Positions 21,762 to 34,200 of a stretch of DNA of 64,000 nucleotides are shown in pieces. The position numbers were made by a program, and so were the translations under genes. The first letter of the stretch is position 1. Every line of letters begins with the position of its first letter. This DNA comes from the human T2T-CHM13v2.0 reference genome, Homo sapiens, in NCBI RefSeq assembly GCF_009914755.1, contig NC_060926.1; one strand, given 5' to 3'. The notes beneath the pieces are model-generated. The model worked only from the letters and a program-made list of their open reading frames with translations. It had not been told where the DNA came from and did not search any database.

Positions 21762-23306
21762 TCAAACTTCTGTCTTTTTGTTTTCCTGTCTTTGATGTTC
21801 CATCTCATAGTCCAAAGTGGCTGCTAAAGTTCCAGCGATTACATGTGCATTGCAGCTAACAGGAAGGGATATTATATAAAGCTTAGTCATGTGGTGATAC
21901 CTAGCTGGGAAATGTCTTTATTCCAGGTGACTAAATTTGTTCTGGTGGGGTTTATTCCAGGTTGCTCAGCTAAAAATCAGTATTATTGCAAGGAAGAAGG
22001 AAAGAATAAATGTTGGGGAATAGATAAATATGATGTAACTGGGAACTATTGGGAATAAAGTATCCATGAGAATTTAATGAAATCAAGTCTCAAAAAGTTT
22101 GTCTTTCCACGTTAAATACATAATTTAAGATATACATTAAACCATTTTCAGGAAGAGTTTTCTAATAAAGCTAAAAGCACCACTCTCAAGAACCTGGTGT
22201 CAGAAGCACATCACAATTGATCACTCTTAATGTAGGTGTTAGGAATGAAGAAGAGCGAGTGAATGTTGAAAACAAAGGGCCTCAGAGACTTATGGATAAA
22301 TGGACTCTGGAAGGATAACAGCAGCCTGCCACGACTTGAGGAATGATTTTGATCATTGTCAGTGGAGTTACTCTGAATCACAGATTTGGGACTTAGGGAG
22401 TTTTATTTTAGTCTCATTCTCCTAAACAGCCTTTCTGTACTTGGCTTTAAAAATCAGAGAAAGAAATTTCAGCTCCAAAGGACAATAGTTTTTTTCAAAG
22501 GGGCATTTCTTCCTCTAAAATGAGTCAGTTGCAATCCTGACTTGCCATTTCCTGCAGCAATAATATAACCAGTGGTGCTCTAAGTTAACTTAATGGACTT
22601 ACCTCACTATTAGGGAGTGATTTATGTACCGCAAAGAATAGAGTTCACTTTGTGTGAAGAAAAAAAACAAAACCCAAAGAACTTTCCACATAAACCAGCC
22701 CTCACCATCATATTTTGGCCCATTTATTCCCTCTGGAGGATGATTAGACCTAAACCCCTGGCAGGTGGGGACTCTTTTTCACTGGGTGTCCTCAGTGTCT
22801 AGCACAGTGGTCCTCATAAAGCTGGCTCTCCAAAAATATTTGTTGAAACAATCTGAAAATGGTTCATAGAGACAATGACAAAAAGCACAAAATAAAAATT
22901 AATAACACAGCTTTTTGTTGGTCTTAAATCATTTCTAGTAGCTCTAAGATAAAATGAATTCATAATAAGATGGTACTGATACTGAGAAGTCTTGAGTGTA
23001 AAGAAGTGATGAAGGAAAAATATTTATTTGACAACTGCCCTTCAGTGTGAAAAATCCATAGCTGTAAACCACAATGAAGCAAAGAAAACCTAATCTGTAA
23101 GAGCTTAAGCATTTTACCATACTAGAGTTCAGGAAACATGTCTATTCCTTTTGCTATTTCTGTTTGCCAGTTCTTCTGCCATTTGCCAAAATAAAGATGT
23201 CCCTTCTCCAGCCCAAACTCAGCTGCAAAGGTGAACTAATGACTTTAGAATAGAAGACAGATGCTTCCTGCAGGAGGATTCTGGGGGAAGACAAAGAATG
23301 TGTAAC

Positions 23307-24046
23307 CAGTACTGGTTACAGTATTTGTGAGGCCCCGTGCAAAATGAAAACACAGGGCCCTTGTTTTGAAATCTGGGGAAAAGTGCCATTAAAGATACTT
23401 AAAGGTAAAGCTTTTTTCTTGCTTCCACAGTCTTTCTCTTGACTTGTCATGGTGTTGTTTGTTATTTAATGCTGGTCTAAGTGAAGAAAAATTAAAAATT
23501 TAAATTATTGGCATAATTTTTAAAAACCATTCATCTTTATATTATGGAATGCCAGTTTTAAATGCAAAACTGTATTTAGAACCACTGATATAATATAATT
23601 TGTATTTTGTAGCTTGTGCATGCATATGTATTTTGTTCTTACCAGAACACTGGAAATGATGCAAAAAACCTAACAACTGTTTTTTATTCCACTTTTTGAT
23701 ACATGCCTGTTCTACCAACACTCTGTGGAAGCCAGTGGCTCCCATAAAATGTTTATCTATTTGCTTCCGTCTTGCTGATCTCCCATGCTGGGTCCACTGG
23801 AATTCTCTGCTCATGGAACATCAGAAGGCTGTATGCAAATGAGGTGGCAAGGAACACCATACAAACATATTGTGCATATTGTTCGTGCACAAAATGTTTC
23901 TTTGGGCTTCACTTACAAAACAAGTTTAAGATAACATTATTATGAATTTCAAGATGGTGACCGCAGAGCATTAAACCAACCATGAGACACTTCTGACCGT
24001 GGGACTCTGTGACTGTGCACATCATGCACCCTTGAAACCAGCTCTG
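23307..24046 (-). mobile_element. MER45-family non-autonomous hAT (Tip100) DNA transposon
   Basis: Imperfect TIRs cagtactggttaca / cagagctggtttca; both ends resemble MER45; degenerate 8-bp TSD tgtgtaac / catgtcac. Confidence 0.75.
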
Positions 24047-25286
24047 CATGTCACCAAGGTAAGAGTTGCCTTTCTTCTTCTTCTCTTTTTCAGTAATTTG
24101 AAGAATCAGTAATCACTGGAAGAACACAAACAAAATAAGCACATGCCAATGGGGAAGCATTAAAAAACAACTTGGTAATGGATAACTCAAGCCTCAGATG
24201 AATCTTGAAATGTGGTAAAAAAAAAAAAAATTAATAGAAAAAAAAAACACTTGTAGTCAATGTTCATTTGAAAGCCATCTTTAATCATGTAGTTCTGTGG
24301 AAAATTAGTGGTTAAATTTTTTAAAGAATGAATCGTTTCTGTTTTACTGCTGCAAATCTTACAACTTTTTAAATATGAACGTTAAAACATACAGAAAGGT
24401 AATATAAAAGAAATACCCTCATAATTTTAATATATTTTGAAAATTTATTGCATATATCTACCATTTTTATTTTAATTTTTAATTCAGGCTGATAATATAA
24501 GAATAAGCAAGATACCAATCTTGTTTTCTTTTCATACCCTAAAATTTTGTATTACTTTGTTGATGTAAGACAGCAACATAATAGCCCCAAAGGAAAATCT
24601 ATTAAACAATTTCAATTTGAAGGGTTTAAAGAAAGAAACAATGGTAAGTCATTAATGTGTTTTCATTTTAATGTATCTTTTTTATATTAGGGTGAAAAAT
24701 TCAGTTATATTTTCAAATGATCAATACAAACATAAATAACTATGTTATAATGATATGGATAATCATATGACAAAAGGGCTGTGATTAAGCTGTATGCCTT
24801 CTTTGTGAATATAAAAGTATTTCTGCAAAACAAAGATGTATTATATATTAACTAATAATTATTTACAATAAAATTAACCAAAAGCCAGGTCACCCTTGTA
24901 CTTAATCAATATTCCTTAAAAACAACTTTTTCCAGCACACACACAATTATGCATTGAACATTTCTGAAAGGATACTCAAGAATGTGTTAATTAAGTGATT
25001 CCACACCACTGAGAGTGAGACTGACTGGGTGTTCAGAGGAAGAACTTTTACTTTTTGCCTTTTCCTCATCTTCTGTACTGTTTAGGTTTTTTGGTCATGA
25101 GCATTTTATTTTAATAATAAAAAATCTGGATAATTTTATAAGTCTAATTTTAGAAGGATAATAAAGTAATCCAGTGACTATGTATAAAATACATAGTATG
25201 TATTTGTACATTAAAATAAATACTGTAGTGGATAGCACACATTATACATATGTGTTGCTACAATGCTTTCATTTCAATCTTTAAAA

Positions 25287-25965
25287 ATTTTTTTTAATTA
25301 AAAAATTTTTATTGCAAATTGCTAAGTTATAATTGTATATATTTTTTGGGGGTACAAAATGATTTCATGATTAATGAATATAATGTAGAATAATTAAATC
25401 AAGCTAATTAACATATTTATCACCTCAAATACCTATCATTTTATGTGGCGAGAACACTTGAAATGCACTCCTAGTGATTTTGGAATGTACAATACATTAT
25501 TATTAACTATATTCACCATGCTGTACCCATAGAGCTAAAAAAAACCCCTTAATCCTCCTAATTGAGGATTTGTACTCATTGACCATTATCTCCCCATTTC
25601 TTCCACACCCCAGCCTCTGGCAACCACCATTCTACTCTCTGCTTCTATAAGTTTGAATGTTTTAAATTCCACATATAAGTGAGAACATGCGGTATTTGTC
25701 TTACTGTGTCTGGCTTATTTCACTTAGCATGTCTTCCAATTTCATCTGTGTTGTTGCACACGACAGAAATTCTTTCTAAGTCTGAATAGTACTCCATTAT
25801 GTATATGTACCACGTGTTCTTTATCTATTCATCTGTTGATGAGGTTGGTTTTATAACTTGGCTACATCAATAGTGCTGCTGTGAACATGGGAGTGCAGAC
25901 ATCTCTTGGACACACTGATTTTGAATCTCTTGGGTAAATTCCCACAAGTAGGATTGCTGAATCGA
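25287..25965 (-). mobile_element. L1MA-type 3' fragment
   Basis: ttccacatataagtgagaacatgcggtatttgtc...tggcttatttcacttagc, typical of an L1M 3' end. Confidence 0.8.
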
Positions 25966-26762
25966 ATTTCATTCTTATATTGGTTTGAGCCACTTTCTAG
26001 CCCAGGGGGATCATTGCACTAATAATATCACTGGAGAGTCTCCAGAGGACATGTCTGCAAAGGGAGAAAGGCTTTTTGCAATAGCAGAGCTTAATTGTCA
26101 ATGATGAGGAAGAGCGGTATCCATGAACCTTTTCCTGTCATATGTTGTATATAAATGATATTCTTCCAAAATTTTAAAACATTTTTGATGGAAAAATTCA
26201 AAGATACACAAAAGTAGAGAGAAAAATATAATGAACCCCCACGTACCCATCAACCAGCTTCATTAATTACCAATTCACGTCTAATCTTATTTTGTTCATA
26301 CTGTACCCCACTCACTTCCCCACTCCCAGGTGCATTATTTAGGAGAAAATCCAAATATATCTTTTCATTCATAAGTATTTCAGTATGTATTTCTATAAGG
26401 ACTCAAAAAAAGCAACCACAATACCATTATCACATCTTTTATAAAAAACCTAATAATTCCCTGATATTGTTAAATATCCAGTCATTGTCCAAATTCCCGA
26501 TTCCTTCATAAATATGTATTTTAAAGCCAATTTGTCTATAGAATATTTTTTAGTCTAGATTCCCCCCTCCTTATATTTACCCTTTATTTGTTGAAGAAAC
26601 CAGCTAATTTGTCCTGTAGGGTTTTCCATATTCCAGATTATGCGATTGCAACCCCCGTCATTGTTTAATATGTTTTCTGTCCCCTATATTTCTTGCAAAT
26701 TTGTAGTTAGATATGGATACTTAATCAGAGCAGGTTCTATTTGAGGGAAGACTACTCCCTAA

Positions 26763-27132
<370 letters not shown>

Positions 27133-28894
27133 TGTTATCTCTCTTTTAGTGATGTTAACATTGATCCCGTAGTTTGGGAGCTATTAGCATAGCATATTGT
27201 AGTAGCCTCTTCACTGGTCTTCCCATTTTCCCTTTGCTCCCACCTCATCCCACCTCATCAAGGATATTCTTTATGGAGGGACTGAACTCTGTGTTGGCTG
27301 GGCAGTTTTGCTGATTTTGGCGGGGCTTGACTGTATGGCTTTTCTGATCTCAGCTAGGGCTCTCTCACAGTTGACCAGCTGTTTGCCTAATCTAGCGTGG
27401 CCTCCACTGGGACAGCTCATTTGTTCCTTGTATGTCATCCCACAGCAGGCTAATTCAGGCATGATCTTGTGGCAATCATAGGGTTCCAGGAGTCTTCTAA
27501 ATTTTAAATCATCCGATGCATTAACAGATCATTCTTTCTTAGCAAAGCAAGTTATTCATTAGACTTCCAATTAATTTTCAATACGAGCATTCAATACAGA
27601 TACAATATATGATAGATCTGACCTTTCTGGAGTTTTGGCAGTTCATTTTGTCTCTTATGTAATAGGATAAGGTTTATTATTAACATTTGCTAGTTCTTGT
27701 ACTTACATAGCTTTATAGACTTTCTGACGTGATTAAAGGTCTTTATCATTTTGTTCTTGAGCTTGTCAGTTCAATCCACACCAGAATTCTTTATTTCCTT
27801 TAATTTGTCTCATTGACTCTTTTACTTCCTGCACAATTCTTCTTCTCTTCTTCTTTTGACAGCCCAAGCAGATTTACAGACAGTCTTGTTTTAGCTGTGC
27901 TGATGTATCTATTCAGTTTATCTCTGGGAGATTCAGAAGAAACCTGAAAATTCATGTTTATATGCTTTTGTGATATAACAAATGTTAGGCATTGACTGAG
28001 TTGAGAAATAAAAATAGAGGGATGGCAAACTCAGGCACATGTAGATGGAAGGGTCACTCGGGAAAGTGACCCTTCTACGAGATATGGAATATTTTCCCTG
28101 AATGTTGGAAGAAATTCTGCCAAATTATTTATTTCTTCCATAATTTAGTGTTTGGTTTCTTAAAGTATACAAATAAGACATATACATTTTTCCTTGACCA
28201 AAAGTAACACCATATTTTTAAGTTCTGTATCATATTCTACAAGCTATTTTAAAAATATCAATTTACTCATGCTAACAAAACCTTGTGGGATACCTTAGGA
28301 GATGTTAAATTTAGTCTATAGGTTAAAAAAAGCTAATGCTCAGGAAGTCGGCTTTCCTCTAACTAATGGTAGAGCAGAGGACGAGGTTAGAGCTCACAGG
28401 CCTAACTCTACACTTGGAGGCAACCCCTTGCTAAGTGCATACTCAAGGCAGAATAACTTATAGCCTGAACCTGAAGGATGTTACAATAAACTATTTTGCT
28501 TGGAAATTAAGAAGGGAAAGCTCTGGATGGATTTTGCTGAGCAACACAGTGATCTCCAAAGGTCAAGGAAGTAAAAAATACAAAGATAAATATGTTTTCA
28601 GAACTTAGCCAACTTCATGTGGGTCACCACAGCCTTGTGTGAGACAAGATAAAAAATAGTTAAAAACTCTAAAGGGCTTGAGTGGCTCACATTACACGTT
28701 CTTACAATCTGTCTTGGAACTCCAAAAAGCTTTTTTGAATACCATTATCACTAATCAGTTAAAAATATTAGCTTAACATGGATTATCAGTAAAATATTAT
28801 CAGTTTAAAGATATTTCTTGAATGTCTTAACACTGTGCTCGCTATTTTCAAGGAGGAATTTGATGGAAATAAAGTTAATCCTAGTAACTTTTTA

Positions 28895-29140
28895 GAGACA
28901 GGAACTCCTTTTGAGTCATAGACCACTTAAGGATCTTTTGAAAGCTATGACTTTTCTCCTTAGAAAATGCATCTTTAGGCTCCAGCAACACATCATTGTG
29001 TAAGAAAAAATAAAAGTACTGCCTTAAAAAGAAAAGAAAAGAAAAGAAAATGTATCTTTGAACATATACTTAAATTTTACATTCAGAATTTGGGGTTTTA
29101 TGGGCATTCCAGGAGCCCTTCCATGGATCCTCTAGGCCTG
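28895..29140. mobile_element. Old hAT-Charlie MITE (MER117-like) interrupted by a small retro-insert
   Basis: gtcatagaccac...tgaaagctatgac...agaaaatgca...aaattttac...catggatcc resembles MER117 (recalled from memory). Confidence 0.45.
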
Positions 29141-29224
29141 AGTTATGGGCTTCAGTTGTCCCTAGTGTAATGAGAAGAAACTAAGTATGGAATCAAGTAT
29201 GTCCCTAACTTGCCATCTGCTGTT

Positions 29225-29524
29225 GTTCGTTTGTTTGTTTGAGATAGGGTCTTGCACTGTTGCCCAGGCTGGAGTGCAATGGCATGATCTTGCTCACTAC
29301 AACCTCTGCTCCCTCTAGGTCAAGTGATCTTCCCACTTCAGCCTCCCAAGTAGCTGGGACTACAGGCGAGTGCCATCATGCCTGGCTAATTTTTGTATTT
29401 TTTGTACAGACGGGGTTTTGCCTTGTTGTCCAGGCTGGTCTCGAACTCCTGGACTCAAACGATCCACCTGTCTTGGCCTCCCAAAGTGCTAGGATTACAG
29501 GCGTGAGCCACCGCACCCGGTTGC
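29225..29524 (-). mobile_element. AluJ-type
   Basis: Full diverged dimer. Confidence 0.9.
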
Positions 29525-29834
29525 CACCTGATCTTGATAAAGTCATTTAGTATCTTCAGGACTTAGTTTCCTCATCTGTGAAATAAGAAATATAACTAGA
29601 TAACCTTCCAGATGTAACTGCCTTTGCTCTTTGGAGCTAATAGTCTGGCTGAGAAGATAAAATGGTCACAAAAAAATTCAAGACATTTTTTTCCCCTGAT
29701 ATTTGTTATAAAAATTTTCAAACAGCAAAATGGAAAGATTTTATAGTGACTACCCATATATCCATCACTTAAATTCAGCCATTAAGCTTTATTATATATT
29801 TATTCATGTAGCCATTTCTCTATCCATCCATCAA

Positions 29835-30135
<301 letters not shown>

Positions 30136-30163
30136 GCAATTCATCATTTTATAAATATATTTT

Positions 30164-31218
30164 GCCTTTCCGCGCTACCCACAGAGGGATCCATACTGTG
30201 TTGTTCTGGATTCCCTTCATAACTTAAAGGAAAACGTTCACAATGTCCAGAGCCCTTGATGTCCTGCCAATGAAGGAGGAGGACGTCCTCAAGTTCCTTT
30301 CAGCAGGAACCCACTTAGGTGGCACCAACCTTGACTTCCAAATGGAACAGTACATCTATATGAAAAGTGATGGCATCTACATCCTAAATCAGAAGAAGAC
30401 CTGGGAGAAGTTTCTGCTGGCAGCTCATGCCATTGTTGTCATTGAAATCCCTGCTGATGTCAGTGTCATATCCTCCAGGAAAACTGGCCAGAAAGGCACG
30501 CCGATATTGGCTGCTGTCACTGGAGCCACTCTTGTTACTGGCTGCTTCACTCCTAGAATATTCACTAACCAGATCCAGGCAGCCTTCCAGGAGCCATGGC
30601 TTCTGGTGGTTACTAATCCCAGGCTGACCACCAGCCCCTCACAGAGGCATCTTATGTTAACCTACCTACCATTGCTTTGTGTCACACAGATTCTCCTCTG
30701 TGCTATGTGGAAGTTGTCATCCCATGCAACAACAAGGGAGCTCACTCAGGGGGTTTGACATGGTGGATGCTGGCCCAGAAAGTCCTGCACATGCCTGGCA
30801 CCATTTCCCACAAACATCCGTGGGATGTCATGCCTGATTTCTACATCTGCAGAGATCCTGAAGAGATGGAAAAAGACCAGGCTGCTGCTGAAAAGGCTGT
30901 GACCAACGAGGAATTTCAGGATGAACGGACTATGCCAGCTCCTGAGCTCTCCGCTACTCAGTCTGAGGGTGCAGACTGGTCTGAGGGCACATGCAGGTGC
31001 CCTCTGTGCTTATTCAGCAGTTCCCTACTGAAGCCTGGAGTGCTTAGCCTGCCACGGGAGGCTGGTGTGCAGCTCCCACTGCTCCGGCCACTGAATGGGT
31101 AGAAGCAACCACTGAATGGTCTTAAACTCTTAAGCTGTTCTTGCATAGGCACTTAAGCAACATGGAAATAATGCTGATGGAAAATAAACATCAGTTTCTA
31201 AATAAAAGAGAAAAATAA
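30164..31218 (+). pseudogene. RPSAP25: Full-length processed pseudogene of RPSA (40S ribosomal protein SA / laminin receptor); probably RPSAP25 by position
   Basis: Intronless. RPSA-like pyrimidine-start 5'UTR, then ATG 30243 [39 protein letters not shown]. Frameshift at ~30622 and another at ~30988; ancestral stop at 31123-31125. AATAAA at 31183, then an A tail; TSD ataaatatattt at 30151-30162 and 31219-31230. The pseudogene number is inferred from location next to MTX2. Confidence 0.93.
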
Positions 31219-31402
31219 ATAAATATATTTCAAAGTAAATCACAGATTCCGTATATTCGCCCTAAATATTTCAGCATGCATATCAAGTTCAATATTTGTT
31301 TATAGTTTTCTTCTTTTGATGTAAAATGTACTTATGAAGGAATGCACAAATCTTAAGTTTACATTTGTTGAGTTTTGGCAAATAATATCGTTCTTTATAA
31401 CT

Positions 31403-31782
31403 CAGGGGTCCCCAGCCCTTGGGCCTCAGACTGGTACTGGGCCACACAGCAGGAGGTGAGCCAGCACTGCTGCCTGAGCTCTGCCTCCTGTCAAATCTGC
31501 AGCAGCGTTAGATTCTCATAGGAGCTGGAACCCTATTGTGAACTGCATGTGCAAGGAATCTAGGTTATGGTGCTCCTTCTGAGAATCTAACTAATGCCTG
31601 ATGATCTGAGGTGGAACAGCTTCATCCCGAAACCACCACGCCCATCCTCCCTACTTCCCTTCCCCCTCCCCAGCTCTCCCTGCTGGAAAAATTGTCTCCC
31701 CCACCCACCCTCAGGCCCTGTTCCTGGAAAAATTGTCTTTCAAGAAACCGGTCCCTGATGCCAAAAGGGTTGGAAACCACTG
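31403..31782. mobile_element. MER1B-like hAT-Charlie MITE
   Basis: Termini caggggtcccc...ggttggaaaccactg; perfect 8-bp TSD ttataact (31395-31402, 31783-31790). Confidence 0.85.
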
Positions 31783-32339
31783 TTATAACTGAATCCTTGC
31801 TACACTCTGACACCCTTGTCCTTTCTCCCTTTACCATACTCACCTGGAGAAACTAAAACCTTGCTTAAATCCCACTCTCCTAATAAAAATTGATCTGTGC
31901 CATTGAATAAGACAAGACAAAAATGACTATGTTGACTATTTCAAATTTAAGATTACTAACATCTACTGGGCCTTTAATGCTTCCCAGAAATTATCCTATA
32001 TTTGCTTAGGTCCATCTTTAAACCAGCATTTCTCAAATTATCCATAGTGAGAGAGACAAGCTTCTTATAATTTTAAATCCATCTTGGTATAATACTTTGG
32101 TAAATTACAGCAAAAATGGGCTACAACAAAAATGAAATAAAGACATAAAAATATGGGTCTCTAATTTTACTCTGTCCAGTTGCTACGGAATCTTCTAAAT
32201 ACATATTCTTAATTTCTGAACTCATCTTTTCATGGAAAGATAACAAATAATTTGCAAAAAAAAAACAAAAAACAAAAAACACTGGTCTGCAGAATATATC
32301 TGGAGTTCTACTGCTTTAAGTGACTAGAATATTTTGTAC

Positions 32340-33430
32340 CTTCTCTCTTCTCAAACTTCCATCACTTCCTTAGCCTTCATCACTATCAGCTGATGATTTT
32401 GCTTCACCAAGACACTTGGCGGAATTACAAGAGAACTTTCATAAGCTCTCCCTGGCATTTCTACTTATCTACCAGTATCTGTGCCCACATGCACTACCTT
32501 TTCTTACATTACTTATGGAAAAACCGCCATGCTCCTAGCAAAGGCCAATCCCTTTGCCTGAATGCTAGTGTCATGCCCTTCAATGCAAGGCTGCTGCTGG
32601 GGCAGCTCTTCCTCCTCTCTATGACCCCATTCCCATCAGCATACAATCATGCTGCTGCTATTCCTCCCATATGAGAAAACCTCTCATGGCCCTCCCTCCT
32701 CCTCCAAGAAGCACACTTTTTTCTCTGTCCCTTTCCTGCAAAACTCTTTAAATTAGTTGTTTATACTAGCTGTCTCCAATTTCTCTCCATAAGTCTCTCA
32801 TGGACCCACTTAAGGCAGGTTTTCACTCCCACCACTGCACTAAAACTGCTCTTTTTAAGGTCATCAGTGATATCCGGATTTCCAAACCCAATGGACATTT
32901 TTCAGTCCTCATCTTTCTTGACCTGTCAGCAACATTCGACAATTGATGACCTTCTTCCTTCAAAAACTTTCTTTTCCTGTCTTCCAGGATACCGTTCTAG
33001 CTTGCATTTCCTCCCACTTTTCTGGCCTTTTCTTTTCAGTTTCCTCTGGCTGACCTGGAAATGTTGGCGTGTCCATTCTTGGCCCTCTCCTCTTTCCTGT
33101 CTACACTTATTCCCTACATGATCTCATTTAACTTCACGACTTTACCATCTAGAGGCTGATGAATTTCAAATTCCTTTACCTCTTCGCTGACCCCCAGGCT
33201 GCCTAGTTGCCATCTCCCATTGGCTATCTGATGAGCATCTGAGTATCTCAAATTTAACATGTCCTGACATAGCTCCATGTATTCCTTCTACTTCAAACCA
33301 CCTTTTCAGTTCTATTTTAGTCAGTAGTAACTCCATCCTTCTAAAGCCTAAAACCTGGGCATCATGATTCACATCACTTTTTTTCTCATACCCCACATCC
33401 AATGCCTTAGCAACTTTTATTAGCTAATCT
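32340..33430 (+). mobile_element. L2 LINE fragment
   Basis: Pyrimidine-rich L2 motifs ccactgcactaaaactgctc...ttttcagtcctcatctttcttgacctgtcagcaacatt...tctcaaatttaacatgtcc. Confidence 0.75.
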
Positions 33431-33924
33431 CAGTTTACAAGATACCTAAAGGATGAAGAGTTTTTGCATAAAGATAAAAAAGTAATGCATTTAAAAACAG
33501 AAATATTAAGACAATGCCAATATTGCCTCTGGGCCCACTGAATATGGGAGATGCAAAATGAATAGCCTCCACTCCAGAGGGCTGCAGTAGCTTGCTGGGG
33601 GTGTAGAATGTTCTTAAGTTCTCCATAGGCAAGAGGTGAGGCAGATCTTGTGAAGAGACAGAGGATGAGAAGATTTTGCTAATAGTGAAATTATTGCTCC
33701 ATAGGATGCAAAGGAGGATGCTGGGGAGATAACAGTGGAAGATACACCACCACCACCACCATCATCATCCTGCCATCTAATATCCCATTAGAAGGATAGT
33801 AAGTACATACACACACAGATACTAACAGCTTGAATACATTATATATATGGCAATGTTAATAATTTAGTGCCAAGGCAAGGTAATCAATAATTCCTGAATC
33901 ATAGCTAACTTATAAGAATTGAAG

Positions 33925-34200
33925 AGAAAGGACAAATATTATATGATTCCACTTATACGACATACCTAAGAATAGTCACATTCATAAAGACAGAAATTAG
34001 AATGGTAGTTACCAGGGGCTGGGACAAGGGAGGAATGGGGAATCAGTGTTTAATGGGCCCCGGGTTTCAGTTTGGGATGATGAAAAAGAGATGGATGGTG
34101 GTGATGGTAACACAACAATGTGAATGTGTTTAATGACACTGAACACTTAAAAATGATTAAAATGACAAATTTTATGTTATGTGTATTTTACATTAAAAAA
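33925..34200 (+). mobile_element. L1MB-type 3' fragment
   Basis: aaggacaaatattatatgattccacttat...gtggtgatggtaacacaacaatgtgaat. Confidence 0.8.

Noticed and set aside
30243-31102. RPSA-like ORFs as a functional gene
   Set aside because: Intronless, frameshifted, with poly(A) and TSD: a processed pseudogene.
31680-31740. Repeated ctggaaaaattgtct inside MER1B
   Set aside because: Small local duplication in the C-rich part of a MITE; no evident significance.
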